DNA of 64,000 nt from an uncultured Gemmatimonadales bacterium (GTDB lineage: Bacteria > Gemmatimonadota > Gemmatimonadetes > Gemmatimonadales > GWC2-71-9): NCBI GenBank assembly GCA_963779755.1, contig CAVZZO010000001.1, forward strand, positions 1,760,001 through 1,824,000, written 5' to 3'. Below, in pieces: positions 38,137 to 47,034 of the stretch. The notes beneath the pieces were generated by a model. It worked only from the letters and a program-made list of their open reading frames with translations. It searched no databases and was not told the origin of the DNA. A program made the position numbers and the translations under genes. How positions within the stretch are numbered: position 1 is the stretch's first letter; every line of letters starts with the position of its first letter.

Positions 38137-41003
38137 GAGAAGTCGTGCTGGTGGCGCGCGGGCCGGAGCGCGCCGCCGCACGACGGTGGCTGGCAACCGA
38201 GGCAGCGGTGCGTGCCCGGGACGCCGGCGATGCGGCGCGCGTGGATCTCGACGGCTGCGATCTTCTCTGGCTGCACGACGTCGACGCCATCCCGCCGGGC
38301 CTGGAGGCCTGGCTGGCGGCCGGCGGCCGGCTGCTGGCCACGCTGGGCTCGGCCGGGATCGCCGCCGCGCTGGGGCTGGAACCGGTCCCGCCCGATGACC
38401 GCCGCGAGGCGGTCTGGCATCACGCCGACGACGAGTTCTGGCTCGAAGAATATCGCTCCTTCAAGGACTTCCCCCACATCCGCGGCCTGGCCGCCTTCGG
38501 CCCTCATCCGCTCTTTGCCGGTCTCGATCAGGGCACCTTCGTGTGGGCGCCGTCGGAAGACGAAGCCTATCGCTGGCTGGCGTATCGGGCCAACCGGCCG
38601 GCTGCGGGCTCGATCATCGCGGTCGAACGTGCCTTCATTCATCTCAACGCCGGCCGGGCCGTCGCCTGGGAGCACCGGGTGGGCGACGGCGGTATCCTCG
38701 CCATCGGAGCCTTCGTCCACCTCGCTTCGCCCGACGATCTGCTGGCGCGTCAGCTCCGGGCCATGCTGGCCAGCGCGGTGGCGGGCGATGCGGTGCCCCA
38801 CCGCGAGCGGCCGGAGCCGGTGGCCCTGTGGCCCGCGCCCGCGTCCTCCGCGCGGCGCGAGCGCGTCCCCGTTCCCGAACTGCCCGATCTCAGCCAGCCC
38901 TGGAGCGACGACGATACTCCGCTGGCACTCCGCCGGGCTGCCGGACACGATGAGCCCTGGACGCTGGCCGGGCGGCGTACGCTGCTGGCGGGCGGCGAGC
39001 GCGGGGGCCTGCAGGAGGTCTGGACCCATCCCTTCCGCCTGATGCGGGACGTCACCCTGCTGGCCGGCGACACGGTTCCCCGGGCGGTCGCCGCCTCGCC
39101 CCTGGGTTTCCGGCGGGAGCTGGCATCCGTCGACCTGCGCCTGCTGGAGCGGTGGACCTGCGGGCTGGAGCTGCCCGTCGCCGTCGGAGACTTCGACGCC
39201 AGCGGACCGCTGGACGTCACACTCGACTGGACGGTGGATCTCCGGCGGATGTGGCCCTATCCCGCCGGCGCGTTCGGCGATCTGCGGTGGAATCTTTCCG
39301 AGCGCGCCGATCGTCTCTGGATCGGCGCGAGCGGCGCCGGGGTGCAGGCGGTGTTTCAGGTGCAGGGCGGGACCTTCCAGGTCGAGCCCCTCGCGGAAGA
39401 GCCCGCGAGCCTGCGGGTGCGCCTGCACGCAACGGGCAGCGCGTGCCGGCTGGTGGCGCTGGGCGCGGTGGACAGCGCCGACCTCGCCAGCGTGCTCGGT
39501 CGGCTCGGCCGCAAGCTGCTGCCCGGACTCCAGGCCCAGCGGGCGGGCCACGCCGCCACCCTGCATCAACACGCCTCGCGGCTCGGTACGCCCGAGCCGG
39601 AGCTCGACCTTGCCTTCGAGTGGGCCAAGGTTCGCGCCGACAGCTTCGTGGCGGAAACGCCGGGTGTGGGGCGCTCCCTGCTGGCGGGGTATGCCCGCTC
39701 CACCCCCGGCTGGGGCGACGGGCGGCCGGGCTATGCCTGGTATTTCGGGCGCGACGCCTGCTGGACGGCGTTCGGGCAGCTGGCCGCCGGCGACCGCGAA
39801 GGCCCGCGCGAGGCGCTGCGCTTTCTCTCCCGCACCCAGGACATCACCGGTAAGGTCCTGCACGAATACACCACCAGCGGCCTGGTGCACTACGACGCCG
39901 CGGACAGCACGCCACTCTACCTCCTGCTGGCCGGACGGTTTGCCGCCTGGACGGGAGATCTCGAATACCTGGCGCGCCACTGGCCGGCGGTGGAGCGCGC
40001 CTATCGCTTCTGTCTGGAGACCGATCGGGACGGAGACGGCCTGATCGACAACCGCCGCATCGGGCACGGCTGGATCGAGCACGGGCCGCTGGGCGGCGCC
40101 GCGGTGACGCTCTATCTGGCGGCCTGCTGGACCGCCGCGCTCGAGGCGCTGGAGCCGGTGGCCGATGCGCTGGGCTATCCCGTGCTCGCCGCCGAGCTGC
40201 AGGAGCGTGCCGCGGTGGCGCGGCAAGCCGTCGAGCGGCGGTTCCGCCTGCCGGAGGGCGGCTGGGCTCTGGGGCTGCGCGATGATGGCTCGCCCCTGCG
40301 GCACCTGACCGCGATGCTGGCCGTGCCCCTGCTGCTCGGCGTGATTCCGGCCGCGTCGGCGGAGCCGTGGCTGGCGGCGGTCGCGGGGCCGGCGTTCTCC
40401 TCGCCCTGGGGTGTCCGCATGATCGCGACTGATGACCCCCTGTTCCAGCCGGCCGGCTACCATCGGGGCGCGGTCTGGCCTTTATATACCGGCTGGGTGA
40501 GTCTTGCGGAATGGCGCAGCGGGCGGTGGGGCGCGGCTCTCGACCACCTGCGGAGCAATGCCCGCCTGCTCCGGCAGCGGGAGCTGGGCGGCTTCGATGA
40601 GGTGCTGCATGGCGAGGGGGAAAGGAGTGCCGGGGTTTGCCCTGACCAGGCCTGGTCGGCCGCCATGATGCTCTCGCCGGCGGTCGAGGGGCTCTGGGGT
40701 GTACGGCCCGATGCGCTCAACGACGCGGTCCGGATCGCGCCCTGGCTGCCTCCGGAGTGGCCCGCCATGTCGTTGCAGTGCTTGAGGATCGGTCGCACGA
40801 TCCTGGATCTGGAAGTCCGCCGGTCGGCCGGCGGGCTGCTGATCCGGGTTGCCCGGGTCTTCGGGCCCAATCTGCAGGTGGTGGTGGAGCCACGTGGTCT
40901 TTCGGAGGGTGCCAGCCTCCTGGTGGACGGTGAACCCGTGGGTGGTGGGCGGGCGCAGTTCCTGGCCGACGACCGCCACGAGGTCATGGCCCTGGTCTCC
41001 TAG
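38133..41003 (+). CDS. Amylo-alpha-1,6-glucosidase-like (GDE_C) hydrolase with an N-terminal DUF4960/GATase-like domain
   Basis: WYFGRDA, YDAADSTPLYL, DRDGDGLI, WGVR, YHRGAVWP, CPDQAWSAA; N-terminal DLLWLH...AGGRLL, HPLFAGL. Confidence 0.8.
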   Translation: MREVVLVARGPERAAARRWLATEAAVRARDAGDAARVDLDGCDLLWLHDVDAIPPGLEAWLAAGGRLLATLGSAGIAAALGLEPVPPDDRREAVWHHADDEFWLEEYRSFKDFPHIRGLAAFGPHPLFAGLDQGTFVWAPSEDEAYRWLAYRANRPAAGSIIAVERAFIHLNAGRAVAWEHRVGDGGILAIGAFVHLASPDDLLARQLRAMLASAVAGDAVPHRERPEPVALWPAPASSARRERVPVPELPDLSQPWSDDDTPLALRRAAGHDEPWTLAGRRTLLAGGERGGLQEVWTHPFRLMRDVTLLAGDTVPRAVAASPLGFRRELASVDLRLLERWTCGLELPVAVGDFDASGPLDVTLDWTVDLRRMWPYPAGAFGDLRWNLSERADRLWIGASGAGVQAVFQVQGGTFQVEPLAEEPASLRVRLHATGSACRLVALGAVDSADLASVLGRLGRKLLPGLQAQRAGHAATLHQHASRLGTPEPELDLAFEWAKVRADSFVAETPGVGRSLLAGYARSTPGWGDGRPGYAWYFGRDACWTAFGQLAAGDREGPREALRFLSRTQDITGKVLHEYTTSGLVHYDAADSTPLYLLLAGRFAAWTGDLEYLARHWPAVERAYRFCLETDRDGDGLIDNRRIGHGWIEHGPLGGAAVTLYLAACWTAALEALEPVADALGYPVLAAELQERAAVARQAVERRFRLPEGGWALGLRDDGSPLRHLTAMLAVPLLLGVIPAASAEPWLAAVAGPAFSSPWGVRMIATDDPLFQPAGYHRGAVWPLYTGWVSLAEWRSGRWGAALDHLRSNARLLRQRELGGFDEVLHGEGERSAGVCPDQAWSAAMMLSPAVEGLWGVRPDALNDAVRIAPWLPPEWPAMSLQCLRIGRTILDLEVRRSAGGLLIRVARVFGPNLQVVVEPRGLSEGASLLVDGEPVGGGRAQFLADDRHEVMALVS

Positions 41004-41088
41004 GTTCCACCACCGGCCAACCGTCGTTGTGGCAGGAGCTTTGCAGGCTTGCAGGACAGTCTCCGAAGGCGACCCCCAGGCCTGACGA

Positions 41089-44000
41089 GTGGAGCCACTG
41101 CGCATGCCGTTGCCGAGCTGGCCGGGACCCGGGTCTGTCGTGTGGTTTGTCGCGGCACATCTCGCGATCTCGGGCTGCACACTCGCTCTCCTCACCCTCC
41201 GGCGCCGAGTCGGGGTGGGGTGGCTGTGGCTGTGGGTGGGCGCGCTTTCCAGCATCATGTGGCTGGCCTATGCCGCCGGTTGGCGGGTGGCCGGCCCCGG
41301 AGAGCAGCATCTGTTCTTCGGGAGCGGTTTCATCGCGCCGTCTTTCCTGATGCTGATGCTGCTGGTGTACCTGGAGCATGGGGCGCGTGATGCGCGCCGC
41401 ATGCTGCTGGGCATCGCCGCCAGCGGCGTCCTGTTCCAGATCTTCTTCCAGCTGGCCCGGGCCGAGGGCGTCACCACGCTGCAGCGGATCACCTGGCAGA
41501 TGGTGATCGCCGAGCCGATGTCCCTGGGCGCCGCCCTGGCGCTCATGTCGGTGCTGTACCAACTGAGCCTGCAGCTGCGGCTGGCGCTCCCCGTTTCGCT
41601 GCGCTTCTTCCTGGCACTGCTGCTCGGCATCGCGGTGGACACGGTTCTCTTTCCGGTGCTCGGGTTCGGCGATTTCCGGATTCTGCGTCTCATCAGCTCG
41701 CCCACCGATTTCGCGCTCGCCAAACTCTTCAGCGCGCTGCTGCTCACGCTTCCCGCCGCTTTCTATCTGCAGCGCCAGGCCCGCGCCGGGCGGCGGCTGG
41801 CGGTGCAGGACATGGGCCCGCTTTCCATCGCGGCGCTGGGCCGCGAGGGGCCGGTGCCGGACTTCGAAGTCTGGCGCTCCATGGCCGAAACGCTGGGCGA
41901 CGGCATGACCGCCGCGGTGGGCGACCATCTGGTGTTCGCCAACGCCGCCATGGCCCGGATCGCCGGCTATGAGCGGGCGGAGGAGCTGACCGGGCTGCCG
42001 CTGGAACGGCTGGTGGCGCCCGAGGATCTGGAACGGGTGCTGACGGAACAGCGGGCCCGCCAGGAGGGTGCGGTCTCGGAGGGCTCCTACGAGTGGCGTC
42101 TCCGCCGGCCCGACGGCACCGGGCGCATCCTGGCGACCACCGCCACGCCCGCCCTGCTGGGCGCGGGCCGGGTGGTGATCGGTATTCATCGCGATGTCAC
42201 CGACGAGCGCGAAATGCAGGCCCAGGTCGAAGCCAGCAACCTGGCGGTGCATGCTCTCATGGCGGGCGCCTCGTCGCTGGTAGCGTCGCTCAATACCGAG
42301 AAGATCGTCGCCGCGGTGGCCGAGCAGGCGGGGCGCCTGGTGGGGAGCGAATTCGTGGTGTTCCTGGAAAAGGTGCCGGGGCACGACCGGTTCCGCTGCC
42401 GGCATATCGAGGGTGCGGCGAGCGGCATCCTGGTGGGCGAGGAGCTCTCGCGCGAGGAGACCGCCTACTTCGGGCATCTGCCGCGCTCCGGCGGCCGCCA
42501 TGCGCTGCCGCTGCTGGCCGACGGCCAGGAGTTGGGCATGCTGGTGGTGGCGTTGCGGGAGGAGGGCCGCACCTTTACCTGGAACGAGTTGGCGCTGCTG
42601 GACGCGCTGGGCGCGATGGGCGCGGCCGCCCTGCGGACCAGCCAACTGGTGGCCGGGCTACGCGGCGCGGAACAGCGCTATGCCATGCTGTTCGACCAGG
42701 TGCCGACGCCGGTGTTCCTCTACCAGCTCGATTCGCTGCGGATCTCTGCCGGCAACCAGGCCGCCTCGCGCCGCTACGGCTGGCCCGCGGCGGAGTTCCT
42801 CCAGCGCAGCATGGCCGACCTGCTGGCGCTCCCGGAGCGGGAGGCCTCGGAAACCGCGCTACGCCGCGCCGCGCCCGGCCGCCCCGCGCTGCTGCAGCGG
42901 CATCGCGACCGGCAGGGCGAAGAGTTCGACGTGATGGTGAATATCGCCGAGATCGAGCTGGCCGGGTCGCGCTGGGGGCTGGCGGCCTGCGTGGATCTTA
43001 CGCTGGAACGACGCAACCAGGAACGGCGGCAGGTTTCCCAGCGCCTGGAATCGCTGGGCCGGCTGGCGGGCGGCATCGCGCACGACTTCAACAACATCCT
43101 GACCGCGCTGCAGGTCGATCTCGACCTCCTCGGCGCCGACTACCGGGATCAGCCCGCCCTGCATAATGAGCTGGCCCATGTGCGCGGGGCGGTGGAGCGC
43201 GCGGCCGATCTCACCCGCCAGATCCTGCTGTTCAGCCGGGGCGAGGAGCCCAAGCGGCGGCCGGTGCGGGTCAACGAGGCGGTCCGCGCCATCGAACGTC
43301 TGCTCATGCGCTCGCTGGGCGAGACGGCCGAGCTGGTGGTGCAGCTGGCGCCGGAAGATCCGCGGATTTCGGCCGACGTCTCACAGCTCCAGCTGGCGCT
43401 GGTGAATCTCTGCCTCAACGGGCGCGACGCGATGCCCCATGGCGGGGTCCTGCGCGTGACTACCAGCCAGGTCCGGGTGGATGACGAGATGAGCGCGCGG
43501 CTGGGCATGAGCCCGGGCCGCGCCGCGCTCCTCACGGTGGTGGATACCGGTATCGGAATGTCGCCCGAGGTGCTGGAGCGGGCGCTGGAACCGTTCTTCA
43601 CCACCAAGAAGGCCGAGCGCGGCACGGGCCTCGGCCTGTCGATCGTGCATGGCGTAGTGCGCGCGCACGGCGGCGCGGTGGAAATGGAATCGCGCCCGGG
43701 GGAGGGCACCCGGGTGCTGCTGTACTTTCCGGAGCTGGAAGCCGCGGATGCCGATCCCGAAGCCAGCGCCCCGCAGGCGACGCTGCACGGCCGCGGCACC
43801 GTACTGCTGGTGGATGACGAGACCGCGATTCGCCGGGCCGGGCGTCGCATGCTGGAGCGCTACGGCTATCGCGTGCTGCTGGCGGAGGACGGCGAGGCGG
43901 CGCTCCGGGAGCTGCACGGTGCCAACGGGGCGGTAGATCTGGTGCTGACGGACCTGGTCATGCCGCGCATGGATGCGCTGGGGCTGGTGGAAGTAATCCG

Positions 44001-44181
44001 CCGCGAATGGCCCGGCCTGCCGGTCGTTCTCTCGACCGGTTACGATGACGGCCGCCTGGGGCCGGGCCAGGTCGAGCTCTTCAGCGCATTCGTCAGCAAG
44101 CCCTATACTCCCAACGAGATGCTGCAGACTGTGCGCGAGGTGCTGGACGCGGCCAGAGGAGCGGGCAGCGGGAAACGCTAA
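41089..44181 (+). CDS. Hybrid sensor histidine kinase: membrane domain-PAS-GAF-PAS-HisKA-HATPase-REC (start 41089 or 41104)
   Basis: AGGIAHDFNNIL, NLCLNGRDAM, DTGIGM, EPFFTTK..GTGLGL, LLVDDE, DLVLTDLVMP, KPY. Confidence 0.93.
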   Translation: MEPLRMPLPSWPGPGSVVWFVAAHLAISGCTLALLTLRRRVGVGWLWLWVGALSSIMWLAYAAGWRVAGPGEQHLFFGSGFIAPSFLMLMLLVYLEHGARDARRMLLGIAASGVLFQIFFQLARAEGVTTLQRITWQMVIAEPMSLGAALALMSVLYQLSLQLRLALPVSLRFFLALLLGIAVDTVLFPVLGFGDFRILRLISSPTDFALAKLFSALLLTLPAAFYLQRQARAGRRLAVQDMGPLSIAALGREGPVPDFEVWRSMAETLGDGMTAAVGDHLVFANAAMARIAGYERAEELTGLPLERLVAPEDLERVLTEQRARQEGAVSEGSYEWRLRRPDGTGRILATTATPALLGAGRVVIGIHRDVTDEREMQAQVEASNLAVHALMAGASSLVASLNTEKIVAAVAEQAGRLVGSEFVVFLEKVPGHDRFRCRHIEGAASGILVGEELSREETAYFGHLPRSGGRHALPLLADGQELGMLVVALREEGRTFTWNELALLDALGAMGAAALRTSQLVAGLRGAEQRYAMLFDQVPTPVFLYQLDSLRISAGNQAASRRYGWPAAEFLQRSMADLLALPEREASETALRRAAPGRPALLQRHRDRQGEEFDVMVNIAEIELAGSRWGLAACVDLTLERRNQERRQVSQRLESLGRLAGGIAHDFNNILTALQVDLDLLGADYRDQPALHNELAHVRGAVERAADLTRQILLFSRGEEPKRRPVRVNEAVRAIERLLMRSLGETAELVVQLAPEDPRISADVSQLQLALVNLCLNGRDAMPHGGVLRVTTSQVRVDDEMSARLGMSPGRAALLTVVDTGIGMSPEVLERALEPFFTTKKAERGTGLGLSIVHGVVRAHGGAVEMESRPGEGTRVLLYFPELEAADADPEASAPQATLHGRGTVLLVDDETAIRRAGRRMLERYGYRVLLAEDGEAALRELHGANGAVDLVLTDLVMPRMDALGLVEVIRREWPGLPVVLSTGYDDGRLGPGQVELFSAFVSKPYTPNEMLQTVREVLDAARGAGSGKR

Positions 44182-44282
44182 TAAGGAAAAGGGCGCCGAG
44201 CCCGTTCCCGCCGCCTTTTCCCTTTTCCCCGTTCCCGCTGTGCGGTACCTTTCGTCGTCGTCCCACCCTTACCCCATCCCAC

Positions 44283-44696
44283 ATGCGTCCCCTGCGGCTG
44301 CTGATCCTGAGCGCGGTTCTGTTGTGCGCCTGTCATCTGGAAGACCGGACGCCGGCCGGCAGTCGGAACGATGAGGCCGAGATTCGCCAGGTGGTGCGCC
44401 AGGCATATGCCGACTGGGAGCAGGGGCACTGGGGCGCGCTGAGCCGCCTCTATGAGCGTCCGCCGGCCGACAGCACCGCGGCGGGGCCCTGGCGGCGGCA
44501 GGCCGGACTGGCGGTCCGCGTGCTGCGGACGGATGTGCACCAGGCAGGGAATCTGGCCGATGTCTGGGTTGCCGCCAGGGTGTCGAGCCCGGCGGGCGAC
44601 CGCGACGAGATTCACCTGATGGCGCTGGCGCGCGAGCCGGGCACGCCGCCCGACTGGCGGGTGCTCCTCTGGCGGCCGACCGCGCCCGCTCCCTGA
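44283..44696 (+). CDS. Putative lipoprotein, NTF2-like
   Basis: Lipobox LCAC; DEAEIRQVV, GNLADVW, WRV. Confidence 0.65.
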   Translation: MRPLRLLILSAVLLCACHLEDRTPAGSRNDEAEIRQVVRQAYADWEQGHWGALSRLYERPPADSTAAGPWRRQAGLAVRVLRTDVHQAGNLADVWVAARVSSPAGDRDEIHLMALAREPGTPPDWRVLLWRPTAPAP

Positions 44697-45752
44697 ATGG
44701 CCTCGCTCGCGCTGCGGCAGGTCAGCAAGGTATTTCATCCGCCGGCGCGGGTGCTGGATAATGTGACGCTGGAAGTGCGGGATGGCGAATTCCTCGCTAT
44801 CCTGGGCCCGTCGGGCTGCGGCAAGAGCACCATCCTGCGCTGCCTGGCCGGTCTCGAGCCCCCCACCACGGGCGACCTGTTCATCGGCGAGCGCCGGGTC
44901 AACGACGTGCCTCCGGCCGAGCGGGACGTCGCCATGGTATTCCAGAACTACGCGCTCTATCCCCACCTCACCGTGCGGCAGAACCTGGAGTTTCCGCTCC
45001 GCATGCGCGGGGTGGGCCGCGAGCGCCGGGAGCAGCTGGTGCGCGAGGCGGCCGCCCGGCTGGAGCTCGGTCCGCTGCTGGAGCGGATGCCGGGCCAGCT
45101 CTCGGGCGGCCAGCGCCAGCGGGTGGCGCTGGGCCGCGCGCTGGTACGCCAGCCGGCGGCCTTTCTCTTCGACGAGCCGCTCTCCAATCTCGATGCCGCG
45201 CTCCGGGTGCAGCTGCGCACCGAGCTGATGGGCCTCCATGCCCAGCTCGGTGCCACCATGCTCTACGTGACCCACGACCAGGTCGAAGCCCTCACCATGG
45301 GCCAGCGTCTCGCGGTGCTGGATCAGGGGCGGGTGCAGCAGATCGGCACGCCGAGAGAGGTCTTCGACCGGCCCGCCAATATCTTCGTGGCCCGGTTCGT
45401 GGGCTCCCCCGGTATGAACGTGCTGGCCGGCGCGATCGCCGCCGGAGAGGGCTCCTGGTTTCAGGCCGGCGCACTCCGGCTGCCGCTCGCCCCGACGGCG
45501 GGGGTGCCGGGATATGCCGGCGTGCGGCCGGAGCGGGTCCGGGTGGAGCCGCCGGAGGCCGGCGGCGCCCCGGCGCGGGTACGCACCGTGGAGCGGCTCG
45601 GCTCGGAAACCCTGGTCCACCTGGACATGGACGGCGGTCCGCTGGTTGCGCGCCTGCCCGGGCTGGCAGCGCTCGATCCCGGCGATGCCGTGTCGGTGAC
45701 GGCCGATCCGTCGGGGCTGTACTGGTTCGGGCCGGATGGCGCCCGTCTCTGA
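44697..45752 (+). CDS. Carbohydrate ABC transporter ATPase (MalK/UgpC family)
   Basis: GPSGCGKST, VFQNYALYPH, LSGGQRQR, DEPLSNLDA, YVTHDQVEA. Confidence 0.95.
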   Translation: MASLALRQVSKVFHPPARVLDNVTLEVRDGEFLAILGPSGCGKSTILRCLAGLEPPTTGDLFIGERRVNDVPPAERDVAMVFQNYALYPHLTVRQNLEFPLRMRGVGRERREQLVREAAARLELGPLLERMPGQLSGGQRQRVALGRALVRQPAAFLFDEPLSNLDAALRVQLRTELMGLHAQLGATMLYVTHDQVEALTMGQRLAVLDQGRVQQIGTPREVFDRPANIFVARFVGSPGMNVLAGAIAAGEGSWFQAGALRLPLAPTAGVPGYAGVRPERVRVEPPEAGGAPARVRTVERLGSETLVHLDMDGGPLVARLPGLAALDPGDAVSVTADPSGLYWFGPDGARL

Positions 45753-47034
45753 GTGGAGCCGGGGAGCGGCACTGGCCGTCCTGCTGCTGCTGGGCGGCTG
45801 CCACCCGGACAGCGGTGAGGTGGTCCTGCGGGTGGCCTCCTGGGCCGATCCGGTCGAGCAGCGGATCGAACAGAGCTATATCGGCGAGTTCACCCGCCGC
45901 CACCCCGGCGTCGCCGTGTCGCTCGAATCGGTTACCAACCAGGCCGAATACCGGGAGCGGATTCTCACCTCTATCGCCGCCGGCTCTCCCCCCGACGTCT
46001 TCCTGCTGGACAATATCGATGTGCCGGCATTCGCCGGGCGCCACGTGCTGCTCGATCTCGGCCCCTATACCCGGCGGGTCGGGCTGGACACGGCAGACTT
46101 CGACGAACGCGTGCGCGACATCTTCACCGTCAACGGCGAGCTGGTGGCGTTTCCCAAGGGCTATACGCCGATGGTGCTGGTCTACAACCGGCGGCTGTTC
46201 CGGGAGGCCGGCATTCCCGAGCCGGGGCTGGACTGGACCTGGAACACCTTCCTGCGGGATGCCCGCGCGCTCACCCGCGACACCGACGGCGACGGCGAAC
46301 CGGACCAGTGGGGGGCCTTCTTCGACCGGCGAGACTTTCTCTGGCTGCCCTGGATCTGGTCCGGCGGCGGCGACGTGCTGTGCCCCGGAGGCCGGCGCGC
46401 CAGCGGTTGCCTGGACAGCCCGGCCACGCGCGCTGCGCTGCGCTGGTATCTCGACTGGGTGGAACGCGACAGCATCGTGCCCCGGGTGTTCACCCTGCGG
46501 CAGTCGCTGGGCGACCAGTTCCGCCTCTTCAACAGCGGGCGGATCGGCATGCTCACCACCGGTCACTTCTGGATCCCGAATTTCAAGCCCTACGTCGAGC
46601 AGGGAAAGCTCGACATCGGCTTCGCGCCGCTGCCCCACCGCGCGGGCATCTCCCCAACGACCGTCATCTATGCCAGCGGCTGGGCCGTGCCGAGGAACGT
46701 GCCGCGCCGCCGCCTGGCGGTCGAGCTCGCCGCCTTCATGGCCGATACGCTGGCCCAGCGCACCCGCGCCGAGCTGGGGCTGGAAATCCCGGGCCTGACC
46801 GCGGCGGCCGATGCCCTGGTGGCGCAGGACACCACCGGCTGGGAGCAGGTGTTTCAGTACGCGCTCCGGGGGGCGCGGGCTCCCTGGGGATCGCGGGTAC
46901 GCGGCTGGCGGGAAATCGAGAACCGGCTGCCCGATGTGATCGACCAGGTGCTGCTGGAGCACCGGCCCCTGGACGACGCGCTGCATGACGCGGCGACGGA
47001 CATCGACGCCATCCTGCGGCGGACAGAACCGTGA
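45736..47034 (+). CDS. Carbohydrate ABC transporter substrate-binding lipoprotein
   Basis: Lipobox LGGC; AGSPPDVF, LVYNRRLF..AG, WTW..F, DTDGDG..DQWG. Confidence 0.9.
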   Translation: MAPVSEWSRGAALAVLLLLGGCHPDSGEVVLRVASWADPVEQRIEQSYIGEFTRRHPGVAVSLESVTNQAEYRERILTSIAAGSPPDVFLLDNIDVPAFAGRHVLLDLGPYTRRVGLDTADFDERVRDIFTVNGELVAFPKGYTPMVLVYNRRLFREAGIPEPGLDWTWNTFLRDARALTRDTDGDGEPDQWGAFFDRRDFLWLPWIWSGGGDVLCPGGRRASGCLDSPATRAALRWYLDWVERDSIVPRVFTLRQSLGDQFRLFNSGRIGMLTTGHFWIPNFKPYVEQGKLDIGFAPLPHRAGISPTTVIYASGWAVPRNVPRRRLAVELAAFMADTLAQRTRAELGLEIPGLTAAADALVAQDTTGWEQVFQYALRGARAPWGSRVRGWREIENRLPDVIDQVLLEHRPLDDALHDAATDIDAILRRTEP

